64,000 nt of DNA from an uncultured delta proteobacterium (GTDB taxonomy: Bacteria > Desulfobacterota > Desulfobacteria > Desulfobacterales > UBA2156). The stretch is from NCBI GenBank assembly GCA_963698465.1, contig CAVOQY010000004.1, positions 38,521 through 102,520 of the forward strand. Direction: 5' to 3'. Positions 47,539 to 56,033 of this stretch are shown piece by piece (the first letter of the stretch is position 1; every line of letters starts with the position of its first letter). A model generated the notes under the pieces. That model ran no database searches. It saw only the letters and a list, made by a program, of their open reading frames with translations, and was not told the DNA's origin. A program made the position numbers and the translations under genes.

Positions 47539-49563
47539 ATGGCAGAAGAAATCAAGGAAAAAGTTAAAAAACTTGCAGACCCGATTGCGTCTTCGATCGA
47601 TCCAGGCACTCAGGAGATGATTGCCCGGGCGCAGCAGTTGGGCATCGACACCGTATTCGACCGTGCGGCCGCCATGAAGCCCTGCAACATCGGGATTCAA
47701 GGCATCTGTTGCAAAAACTGCGCCATGGGTCCTTGTCGGCTCCCGCTCACCAAGGACGTGGATCCGGAAAACGACACCCGGAAAGGGCTTTGCGGCGCCA
47801 CCGCCAACACCATCGCAGCCCGCAATTTCGCCCGTATGGTGGCCTCCGGCGCCGCCGCACATTCGGACCACGGCCGCTGCGTGGCCGAGGTATTCCTATC
47901 CGTGGCCCGCAAGGAAACCGATGCTTACAAGATCAAGGATCCGGTTAAACTGCTCTCCATCGCACCGCACCTCGACGTCGCCACTACCATTGAAGTGGAT
48001 GGAGAGACCCAGGATCGCAACATTGATGAGATCGCCCTGGAAGTGGCCGAAAAGGCCCTAAACGAATGGGGCAAGGCCGAAGGCAACCTCTACTATCTGA
48101 AGCGGGCTCCCGTGCCGCTCCAGGAGAAGTGGGAAAAAGCCGGGGTGCTGCCGCGGAATATCGACCGCGAAGTCGTGGAAATCATGCATCGAACCCACAT
48201 GGGCGTGGATCAAGACTACAAGAACATCATCAAGCAATGTACCCGCTGCTCCCTGGCCGATGGTTGGGGAGGATCCATGCTCGCCACCGACCTGCAGGAT
48301 GTGATGTTCGGCACGCCTTATCCGCTGCAGGCCGAAGCCAATCTGGGCGTGATGAAGGCTGATCACGTCAACATCATCGTGCATGGACACGAACCGGTGC
48401 TTTCGGAGATGATCGTTGCCACCGCCCAGCGCAAGGATATGATCGAGTACGCCAAATCCAAGGGCGCCAAGGGAATCCAGCTTGGCGGCATCTGCTGCAC
48501 GGCCAATGAAATTTTCCAGCGCCACGGTGTACCCCAGGCAGGAACTTACCTGCAGCAGGAGTTGGCCATCATCACCGGCGCCTGCGACGCTATGGTGGTA
48601 GACATCCAGTGTATCTTCCAGAATCTCGCCAACGTGGCCAAATGCTTCCACACCAAACTGATCACCACGCACCCGATTGCCAAGATGGAACAGGATAACG
48701 TAGTACACATCGAATTCGACGAACACCATGCTGTAGAAGATGCGGAAAAGATCGTCCGGATGGCCATTGACAATTTCCAGAATCGCGGCGCCGATGTGAT
48801 GATCCCGCCCTACAAATCTCAGGCTGTGGGGGGCTTTGGCGTGGAGTCGATCCAGTACCACCTGGGCGGCACCTTCCGTGGCACGTATTATACCCTGAAC
48901 GACAACATCATCAACGGCCGCATCCGGGGCGTAGCCGGTGTTGTGGGCTGCAACAACGCCCGCACGCGCCACAACGAAGCACACATTATGGTCGTCAAGG
49001 AGTTGATTAAAAACGACGTGATCGTCCTGACCACCGGCTGCAACGGAATCGCCTGCGCCATGGAAGGACTGCTAACACCCGAATCCGCCGCCGTGTTCTG
49101 CGGGCCGGGCCTTAAAGAGGTGTGCGAAACCGTCGGCATCCCGCCGGTGCTGCACCTGGGTTCCTGTGTGGACAACAGCCGCATCCTGCTGGCGGCCACG
49201 GAAGTGGTCAATGCCGGCGGCCTGGGCAAAGACCTCTGTGACCTGCCTGCTGCCGGGAGCGCCCCCGAATGGATGAGCGAAAAAGCCATCAGCATCGGGC
49301 AATATTTTGTCAGCTCCGGTGTCTACACGATATTCGGGTTGCACCTGCCTACTTCCGGAGCCCCGATATTCCATAACTACCTTTCCAAGGAGATGGAAAA
49401 GCTTTACGGCGGCAAGTGGGATCTGGAAGCAGACCCCATCAAGCATGCCCAGAAGATGATCGCCCATATCGACGCCAAACGAAAAGCCCTGGGTATCGAC
49501 AAGGCCCGGGAACGGCAGCTCATGGATATGGCGGACCGCCAGAAGCTGGAAGCCAGCGCTTAA
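47539..49563 (+). CDS. cooS: anaerobic Ni,Fe carbon monoxide dehydrogenase catalytic subunit
   Basis: A 674-aa protein with N-terminal Cys clusters (KPCNIGIQGICCKNCAMGPCRL, GLCGATANTIAARNF) and AAHSDHGR. It is adjacent to acsB. Confidence 0.95.
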   Translation: MAEEIKEKVKKLADPIASSIDPGTQEMIARAQQLGIDTVFDRAAAMKPCNIGIQGICCKNCAMGPCRLPLTKDVDPENDTRKGLCGATANTIAARNFARMVASGAAAHSDHGRCVAEVFLSVARKETDAYKIKDPVKLLSIAPHLDVATTIEVDGETQDRNIDEIALEVAEKALNEWGKAEGNLYYLKRAPVPLQEKWEKAGVLPRNIDREVVEIMHRTHMGVDQDYKNIIKQCTRCSLADGWGGSMLATDLQDVMFGTPYPLQAEANLGVMKADHVNIIVHGHEPVLSEMIVATAQRKDMIEYAKSKGAKGIQLGGICCTANEIFQRHGVPQAGTYLQQELAIITGACDAMVVDIQCIFQNLANVAKCFHTKLITTHPIAKMEQDNVVHIEFDEHHAVEDAEKIVRMAIDNFQNRGADVMIPPYKSQAVGGFGVESIQYHLGGTFRGTYYTLNDNIINGRIRGVAGVVGCNNARTRHNEAHIMVVKELIKNDVIVLTTGCNGIACAMEGLLTPESAAVFCGPGLKEVCETVGIPPVLHLGSCVDNSRILLAATEVVNAGGLGKDLCDLPAAGSAPEWMSEKAISIGQYFVSSGVYTIFGLHLPTSGAPIFHNYLSKEMEKLYGGKWDLEADPIKHAQKMIAHIDAKRKALGIDKARERQLMDMADRQKLEASA

Positions 49564-49614
49564 TGGGAAGCATAAACTTGAATCCAACAGTCTCAACGAA
49601 GGAGGATTGAAAGC

Positions 49615-51831
49615 ATGTCTAGACTCGTTGCATTTGCCGCCATTCAGGGTGGCTACAATATTGTTTCCAAGGTCGAAGGTAAGTACAAGAGGGCGCTTCA
49701 GACTCATGATGCGTCTACCAAGGTGGGATTCCCCAACACGGCCTACTTCCTACCGGTCATCTATTCTCTCCTGGGAATGAAGGTGGAAACCCTCGAGGAC
49801 ATCCAGAAGCCGCTGGCGTTTGTCCGCAAGCTGCTTCCGCCCCACGTGAAGGGACAAAACCATCTCCCCTACCTGGGGCCCCTTTTGGATGCCGGCATGG
49901 CGGCCCTGTTCGCCTTTGAGATCGAAGAGGCGCTCCGGTACCTGGAAAACCCGGACTTCTACCTGCACTCCGAGGATATCGACGAGGAGGCGGGAAAGAT
50001 CTGGCTCGGCGCGGCCGATGACACCGTGTTCCGGAAACGGGGCGTGGAGTTCGTGGACGGATCGGCCCCCGGCTTCGCCGCCATGGTGGGCGCGGCGCCG
50101 GACCCGGAAACCGCCAAAATGATCGTGGAAGAGTATCAGCGCCGGAGCCTTTATATCTTCTGCGCCGCCAATCAGAACGGCACCACCATCATCGAGCAGC
50201 TTCTCGAGGCAGGGGTTCAGGTGGGCTGGAACACCCGGATCGTCCCCTTCGGCCCGGACATTTCCTCGGCCATCTTCGCCCTGGGCTTCGCCAATCGGGC
50301 GGCCATGGCTTTCGGCGGCATCCAGCCCGGCGACTACAAGCGGATGCTGCTGTACAACAAGAACCGGATTTTCGCCTTCGTCAACGCCCTGGGCGACGTG
50401 AACGCCGAATGGGCCGCGGCAGCGGCGGGCTGTGTCAACTGGGGCTTCCCGACGCTGGCCGACACGGACATTCCGGAAGTCCTTCCCACCGGGATCTGTA
50501 CCTACGAGCACGTGGTGGCCAATGTCCCCCATAGCGAAATGGTGCAGCGTTCCGTGGAGGTCCGGGGTCTCAAGACGACGGTTTCCACCATCGACATCCC
50601 CTGCTCCTTCGGTCCGGCCTACGAGGGCGAACGAGTCCGCGGCGGCGATCTTTACTGCCAGATGGGCGGGGGCAAGACCCAGGCTACCGAACTGGTGAAA
50701 ATGGCGGACATGAAAGAGATCGAAGACGGCAAAGTGACGGTGGTCGGCAAAGACCTCGACGAGGTTAAAGAAGGGGAAAACCTTCCCCTGGGCATCTACG
50801 TCCAGATCGCAGGACGTCAGATGCAGACCGACTTCGAGCCCATTCTGGAGCGCCAGATCCACCACCTGATCAACTATATCCAAGGGGTCATGCACATCGG
50901 GCAGCGCGACATCGCCTGGATCCGTGTGGGCAAGCCGGCGGTGGAAAAAGGCTTCCGCCTCAAGCATATCGGGGTCGTCCTGCACGCCAAGTTCCATCAG
51001 GACTTCGGGAGCATCCTGGACAAGGTTCAGGTCACCCTGTACACCAACAAGAAGGACGTGGATGCCCTCACCAAACGGGCCCGTCAGGAATACAAGACCC
51101 GGGACGAGCGGGTGGAAAACATGACGGACGAGGATGTGGAAATTTACTACTCCTGCACCCTTTGCCAGTCCTTCGCCCCCACCCATGTCTGCACCGTCAG
51201 CCCGGAACGCACCGGCCTCTGCGGCGCCTACAACTGGATGGACTGCAAGGCTTCTTTCGAAATCAACCCCACCGGCCCGAACCAGCCCATCGAAAAAGGA
51301 GAGTGCCTGGATCCGAAGCTGGGCCAGTGGAAGGGCGTCAACGACTTCATCAAAAAGGCCTCCCGGGGCGCCGTCACCCAGTACAATTTCTACTCCATGG
51401 TCAAGGAACCCATGACCACCTGCGGGTGCTGCGAATGCATCGCCGCCATGCTGCCTTCGTGCAACGGCATCATGACGGTGGGCCGGGACTACACCGGGGA
51501 AACGCCGTGCGGAATGAAGTTCACCACCCTGGCAGGCGTCATGGGAGGCGGGGCTTCCTCTCCGGGATTCGTCGGACATTCCAAGTTCAACATCACCCAG
51601 CGAAAATTCGTGAAAGGCGACGGCGGTCTCCTGCGCATGGTCTGGATGCCCAAGATCCTCAAAGAGGAGATCAAAGAGCGCATCATGAAACGGGGCGAGG
51701 AACTGGGGGTTCCCAATCTCTACGACATGATCGCTGACGAGACGGTGGGAACGACGGAAGAGGAGATTCTTCCCTTCCTCCAGGAAAAGGGGCACCCGGC
51801 CCTTTCCATGGACCCGATCATTTCCGAATAA
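49615..51831 (+). CDS. acsB: acetyl-CoA synthase (CO-methylating acetyl-CoA synthase, A-cluster subunit)
   Basis: A 738-aa protein with the Cys-Gly-Cys Ni-binding region (MTTCGCCECIAAM) and upstream Cys ligands (YSCTLCQSFAPTHVCTVSPERTGLCG). Confidence 0.95.
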   Translation: MSRLVAFAAIQGGYNIVSKVEGKYKRALQTHDASTKVGFPNTAYFLPVIYSLLGMKVETLEDIQKPLAFVRKLLPPHVKGQNHLPYLGPLLDAGMAALFAFEIEEALRYLENPDFYLHSEDIDEEAGKIWLGAADDTVFRKRGVEFVDGSAPGFAAMVGAAPDPETAKMIVEEYQRRSLYIFCAANQNGTTIIEQLLEAGVQVGWNTRIVPFGPDISSAIFALGFANRAAMAFGGIQPGDYKRMLLYNKNRIFAFVNALGDVNAEWAAAAAGCVNWGFPTLADTDIPEVLPTGICTYEHVVANVPHSEMVQRSVEVRGLKTTVSTIDIPCSFGPAYEGERVRGGDLYCQMGGGKTQATELVKMADMKEIEDGKVTVVGKDLDEVKEGENLPLGIYVQIAGRQMQTDFEPILERQIHHLINYIQGVMHIGQRDIAWIRVGKPAVEKGFRLKHIGVVLHAKFHQDFGSILDKVQVTLYTNKKDVDALTKRARQEYKTRDERVENMTDEDVEIYYSCTLCQSFAPTHVCTVSPERTGLCGAYNWMDCKASFEINPTGPNQPIEKGECLDPKLGQWKGVNDFIKKASRGAVTQYNFYSMVKEPMTTCGCCECIAAMLPSCNGIMTVGRDYTGETPCGMKFTTLAGVMGGGASSPGFVGHSKFNITQRKFVKGDGGLLRMVWMPKILKEEIKERIMKRGEELGVPNLYDMIADETVGTTEEEILPFLQEKGHPALSMDPIISE

Positions 51832-51841
51832 AACAAGCCGT

Positions 51842-51878
51842 CGGGGCGGGGGATCTCCTTTTCAGACCCCCTGCCCCG
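51842..51878 (+). other. intercistronic GC-rich hairpin between acsB and acsC
   Basis: CGGGGCGGGGG, a 14-nt loop, then CCCCCTGCCCCG (one bulged T), located 11 nt after the acsB stop. No U-tract follows, so it is more likely an mRNA-stability or processing element than a terminator. Confidence 0.45.
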
Positions 51879-51911
51879 AATCGGGTTATCATTTAGAACA
51901 AGGAGAAAAAA

Positions 51912-53252
51912 ATGGCATTAACCGGTATTCAGATCTTCAAACTCCTGCCGAAAACCAACTGCAAGGAGTGCGGCGTTCCCACCTGCCTTGCGTTTGCCAT
52001 GAATCTGGCCTCGGGGAAGGCGGAACTCGACAGCTGTCCCTACGTCTCCGAGGAAGCCAAGGCCCAGCTGGCGGAAGCCTCCGCGCCCCCCATCCGCCCG
52101 GTCGCCATCGGGAAAGGGGTCCGGGCGTTCACGGTGGGAGGCGAAACGGTGCTGTACCGTCACGAAAAGACCTTCTTCAACAAACCGGCCTTTGCGGCCC
52201 TGGTGAAATCCGATATGGACGATGCCGAACTGGAAACAAAACTGAAGATATGGAATGCCTTCCAGTACGAGCGGGTCGGGTTGAACCTGCGCCCCGAACT
52301 GATCGCGCTGAAAGATGTCAACGGCGATGCGGCAGCCTTTTCGAAAAAGGCCAAGACCATCGCCGAGACCTCGGAATTCAACCTGGTTTTGATGACGGAA
52401 GATCCTAAGGTCATGAAAGCGGGGATCGAGGCCTGCGGCTTCAAGCGGCCCCTCCTGTACGGCGCCACCGCGGCCAACGTGGAGGATTTCGGCGCCCTGG
52501 CAAAAGAAAGCGACCTGCCCCTGGCTGTCAAGTCGGATTCCATCGAGGGGCTCGTCCCGCTCACCGACAAGCTTTCGGGAATGGGTCTCAAGGACCTCGT
52601 CCTGGATCCCGGTGCCCGGGAGATCAAAAAGGCCCTCGAGGATCAGGTGGCCCTGCGCCGGGCGGCCCTGAAGGATGGAAACCGCAAGGTGGGATTCCCC
52701 ACCATCGTCTTCCCCTGCGAAATGGCCGCCAACCTTGACGTGGAGACCCTGATCGCAGCCATGTTCGTGTCCAAGTACGGAGGAATCATCGTCCTTTCCG
52801 ACTTCGCGGGAGAGACGCTGTTCCCGTTGCTTTTGGAGCGGCTCAACATCTACACCGATCCTCAGCGTCCCATGACCGTGACCCAGGGTATTTACGAGAT
52901 CGGCAAACCCGATGCCGATTCTCCCGTGCTGGTCACCACCAACTTCGCCCTGACGTACTTCATTGTTTCCGGCGAAGTGGAAGGGAGCAAGATCCCTTGC
53001 TGGCTTTTGATCAAGGACTCCGAGGGGCTTTCGGTCATGACCGCCTGGGCGGCCGGGAAGTTTGCCGGAGACGACGTGGGCATATTCGTGAAAAAAAGCG
53101 GCATCGAGGAGAAAATCAGCAAGAAGGAAATCATCATACCCGGTTACGCAGCGGCCATTGCGGGCGATATGGAAGAAGAGCTGCCGGGGTGGACCGTAAC
53201 CGTGGGTCCGAGGGAAGCGGCACACATTCCAGGCTTTCTCCGGTCCCGGTAA
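51912..53252 (+). CDS. acsC: corrinoid iron-sulfur protein large subunit AcsC/CdhE-type
   Basis: N-terminal [4Fe-4S] motif LPKTNCKECGVPTCLAFAMNLASGKAELDSCPY, followed by TIM-barrel and B12-binding regions. Confidence 0.92.
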   Translation: MALTGIQIFKLLPKTNCKECGVPTCLAFAMNLASGKAELDSCPYVSEEAKAQLAEASAPPIRPVAIGKGVRAFTVGGETVLYRHEKTFFNKPAFAALVKSDMDDAELETKLKIWNAFQYERVGLNLRPELIALKDVNGDAAAFSKKAKTIAETSEFNLVLMTEDPKVMKAGIEACGFKRPLLYGATAANVEDFGALAKESDLPLAVKSDSIEGLVPLTDKLSGMGLKDLVLDPGAREIKKALEDQVALRRAALKDGNRKVGFPTIVFPCEMAANLDVETLIAAMFVSKYGGIIVLSDFAGETLFPLLLERLNIYTDPQRPMTVTQGIYEIGKPDADSPVLVTTNFALTYFIVSGEVEGSKIPCWLLIKDSEGLSVMTAWAAGKFAGDDVGIFVKKSGIEEKISKKEIIIPGYAAAIAGDMEEELPGWTVTVGPREAAHIPGFLRSR

Positions 53253-53313
53253 AGGGGGGCTGAAGCCGACGGAAATCCGGTCGGCCGTCATTTGTCAACC
53301 CAAAGGAGGCGAC

Positions 53314-54195
53314 ATGTTACTGATTGGTGAAAGCTTAAACGTCATCTCGAGGAAGATCGGCCGGGCGTTTAAGGAACGCGATCCGAAGCCGATCCAGGAG
53401 GAAGCCCTCTTCCAGCGGGAAAAGGGCATGGATTACATCGACATCAACCTGGGCCCGGCGAAGAAGGACGGTCACGAGCTCATGCCATGGGTGGTCCAAA
53501 CGGTTCAGGAGGTCGTCGACGACGTCCCCCTGGCCCTGGACACTTCGAACATCGACGCCATCGCGGCGGCTCTGAAGGTCTGTAAGCTTCCTCCCCTCAT
53601 CAACTCCATCATGGTTCGACCGGAGCGCTACGAGCGGATGGTTCCTCTGGCCGCCGAATCCAATGCGGACTTCATCGCCCTTATGTGGGGCCCCGAGGGG
53701 TTGCCCAGGGACGAAAACGAACGGGCCGCCCTCTGCGTCGAGCTGATCTATTTCGCCAATGAGGCCGGAATCCCGAACGAGAAGATCTGGGTGGACGGCA
53801 TCGTCACGCCGCTCAACATCCAACAGCCGCAGCTCATGAGCCTTTTGGCGTTCCAGCAGATGCTCCAGGACATTGCTCCGGGGGTCAAGAGCACCTGCGG
53901 GCTCTCCAATATCTCCAACGGTCCCCCGGAACACCTCCGGCCCATCTTGAACCAGACCTACATGGTCATGCTGGAAAAATACGGGATGTATTCGGTTATT
54001 TCGGATCCCCGTGACGACACGTTGACCCAAATCGCCAAGGGGAAGCGGCCGGACATCGTCGAGCTGATAAATAAGATGATGGACGGCGAGGAACCGGAAA
54101 TCGCCAGCCTTTCCAAAGAGATGCAGGATTATGCAAAGACGGTCAACGTCATCCTCGGAAAGACGCTGTATTCCGATTCCTGGCTCGAGATATAG
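53314..54195 (+). CDS. acsE: methyltetrahydrofolate:corrinoid/iron-sulfur protein methyltransferase
   Basis: Pterin-binding (DHPS-like) barrel with MLLIGESLNV...YIDINLGPA...LALDTSN...INSI...GLSNISNG. Confidence 0.9.
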   Translation: MLLIGESLNVISRKIGRAFKERDPKPIQEEALFQREKGMDYIDINLGPAKKDGHELMPWVVQTVQEVVDDVPLALDTSNIDAIAAALKVCKLPPLINSIMVRPERYERMVPLAAESNADFIALMWGPEGLPRDENERAALCVELIYFANEAGIPNEKIWVDGIVTPLNIQQPQLMSLLAFQQMLQDIAPGVKSTCGLSNISNGPPEHLRPILNQTYMVMLEKYGMYSVISDPRDDTLTQIAKGKRPDIVELINKMMDGEEPEIASLSKEMQDYAKTVNVILGKTLYSDSWLEI

Positions 54196-54207
54196 GCGGT
54201 TATTCTC

Positions 54208-54349
54208 TTAAGGGTTGGATGCCGGCCTTCCATTGGAGCCGGCGCTGAAGCTGAGCAGATTCTCAGAAAATGACTGGATACGGACGGAGCGAAGACCGCA
54301 GAAGGAGCGGTCGACACTGGGCGGTTTCGCCGGCATCCCAAACCCTTAA
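54208..54349 (+). other. 142-nt structured element: 19-bp long-range inverted repeat enclosing three short hairpins (cis-RNA element or MITE-like insertion)
   Basis: TTAAGGGTTGGATGCCGGC (54208-54226) pairs with GCCGGCATCCCAAACCCTTAA (54329-54349), leaving a 2-nt bulge. Internal hairpins are GCCGGCCTTCCATTGGAGCCGGC, CTGAGcagattCTCAG and GACCGCagaaggaGCGGTC. The self-complementary GCCGGC occurs three times, which allows alternative pairings. Confidence 0.5.
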
Positions 54350-54360
54350 AGACAAAGTCC

Positions 54361-54975
54361 ATGCCCCGCATCGACGACTACATCGCCTCCCGAAACCTCG
54401 CGGCTGCCGCGCTGGCGGCACAGCCCATTGCGGACATCTCAAGCCGCACAGGATTTCCCGAGGAAAAAGAGAACACCTTCACCGTTTCCTTCCTCAACCG
54501 GACCTACCGTGTCGATTTCCCGGGCCTTTCCTTCCAGGACAAGGGGGCACCGGAAAAAGAGGTGCCCATCCAGGAACAGGTCCTGATTCTCCATTACATG
54601 ATGGGAAGCAAAGCCGGGCACCCCGAGGGCCGCTGGATCTCCTACCGGGAAATTCCGGGGGCCTCGTTTTATTACAGCGCCTTTGTCCAGAGGGCCGTTG
54701 AGCCGCTGAAGAAAGCTTTCGGAACCCGTATCGACGGCTTGAAGGCCGCTGCCGAAAAGCTTGGCGGGACCCAAGTCCCGGAAGGCGACGGCGCCTGGGA
54801 GTTGACCCCCTTCCCCAAGGTTCCGCTTCGGCTCATCCTGTGGGCCGGGGATGAGGACTTCCCTCCGGAGGCCAACATCCTCTTCGACCGCAGTATCGGA
54901 ACAATCCTATCCCCCGAAGACACGGCCTGGCTGGCCGGCATGGTGGTCTACCGGCTCATCGCCCTTTCCCGCTGA
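54361..54975 (+). CDS. uncharacterised protein, DUF3786-like, last gene of the acs cluster
   Basis: A 204-aa protein with VLILHYMMGSKAGHPEGRWISYREIPGASFYYSAFVQRAVEPLKKAFG and DEDFPPEANILFD. From memory it resembles the DUF3786 family, which tends to sit in acs/cdh clusters. I cannot verify this here. Confidence 0.55.
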   Translation: MPRIDDYIASRNLAAAALAAQPIADISSRTGFPEEKENTFTVSFLNRTYRVDFPGLSFQDKGAPEKEVPIQEQVLILHYMMGSKAGHPEGRWISYREIPGASFYYSAFVQRAVEPLKKAFGTRIDGLKAAAEKLGGTQVPEGDGAWELTPFPKVPLRLILWAGDEDFPPEANILFDRSIGTILSPEDTAWLAGMVVYRLIALSR

Positions 54976-55044
54976 TCTGTCTCGCCGACTCCAGACCCTC
55001 CGAGCCCTCTTCACGGGCAGCATCGGGCACGTGAAAGATCCGCC

Positions 55045-55968
55045 CTAGTGCACGAAAAGCGATAGGACCGCGGAAAGAGACAGCATGGAGACCAGCGTCG
55101 AGATGCAAATGGTCTGAGCCGCCAGGTCCGCATCGCTTCCCAGTTGAGCGGACAGGATATAGGCGGCGGCTGACGTGGGGAGGGCGAAAAACAGCATTCC
55201 AACCTGGAAGGCGGACCCGGATACCTGAAAAACCTTAAGAAAGGCCAGTCCGGCCACGGGCAGCAGCAGGTTTTTAAATGCCGTTGACACCAGGGAAAGG
55301 CGCAACCTTCCTTTCAACTCCCGGAAACGAAGGGAACCTCCCACTGCAATCAGGGCCATGGGCAGAGTCACCATGGAAAGCAGATAGAGCGTCTTGTCCA
55401 CGAATCCGGGAAGGGACAGGCCCATCATGGAATAAAGGATTCCGGAAACGCATGATAGAATCAGGGGGTTGGAAACCGTGGCGCGGATGAGGTGCAAGAG
55501 GCGACTTGCCGGCGAAAGGGCCGAACCCGAATACCAGATCAGGGTGGAAACGGCCAAAACGTTGATGAAAGGGATGGTGAGTCCGATCATCACTGAAAAA
55601 CTCCTGACGGCCTCATCTCCCATGGCCATGAGAACCACGGCCATGCCGACGTAGGTGTTGAACCGGTAGCAGCACTGGGAAAAGGCGCCCACTTGAAACA
55701 CCTGCATCCGGATGACCCGGGCAAACGCCAAGCTTGTCAGGAACACGGTGAGCACCGCTGAAAACACCGCGGACAAAAGGGGGACTTCAAAATCGGGAGG
55801 CGTGGAAGAACCGCCGATCTTGTAAAACAGGAGCGCCGGAAAGAAGAGGTAATAAACCAGACGGTCTGAGGTCTTCAGGAAATGAGGGTCGACGACGCCC
55901 AGTCGGCGCAGGAAGGCCCCCAGACCTATCAGGGCGAAAATGGGGACAATGGATTCGAGGGCGATCAT
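55045..55968 (-). CDS. AEC-family (auxin efflux carrier-like) transporter
   Basis: A 307-aa polytopic protein with the N-terminus MIALESIVPIFALIGLGAFLRRLGVV, typical of the AEC family. Confidence 0.8.
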   Translation of the reverse strand: MIALESIVPIFALIGLGAFLRRLGVVDPHFLKTSDRLVYYLFFPALLFYKIGGSSTPPDFEVPLLSAVFSAVLTVFLTSLAFARVIRMQVFQVGAFSQCCYRFNTYVGMAVVLMAMGDEAVRSFSVMIGLTIPFINVLAVSTLIWYSGSALSPASRLLHLIRATVSNPLILSCVSGILYSMMGLSLPGFVDKTLYLLSMVTLPMALIAVGGSLRFRELKGRLRLSLVSTAFKNLLLPVAGLAFLKVFQVSGSAFQVGMLFFALPTSAAAYILSAQLGSDADLAAQTICISTLVSMLSLSAVLSLFVH

Positions 55969-56033
55969 GACCGTGACATCAACAGTTCCGGAGCAAGCTT
56001 CGCCCCGCGCCCGAACCCGCCGTGTTCCGCATT

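Noticed and set aside
46824-47609. Minus-strand ORFs with GLGFGF / LWLWL repeats (46824-47609, 46903-47385)
   Set aside because: They are reverse-complement readings of the GCC-AAR coding repeat of the AcsD tail. The repetitiveness is a by-product, not an independent gene.
49750-53291. 681-aa and 457-aa minus-strand ORFs (49750-51795, 51918-53291)
   Set aside because: They are antisense to acsB and acsC. They lack motifs, and the plus-strand products carry the diagnostic Cys motifs.
54196-54360. Assignment of the acsE-downstream structured spacer to the ZTP, THF or cobalamin riboswitch classes
   Set aside because: Some short strings (GACTGG, CTGGGCGG) recall ZTP motifs. The order, orientation and pseudoknot partners do not fit the consensus as I remember it. 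I kept it as an unclassified structured element.
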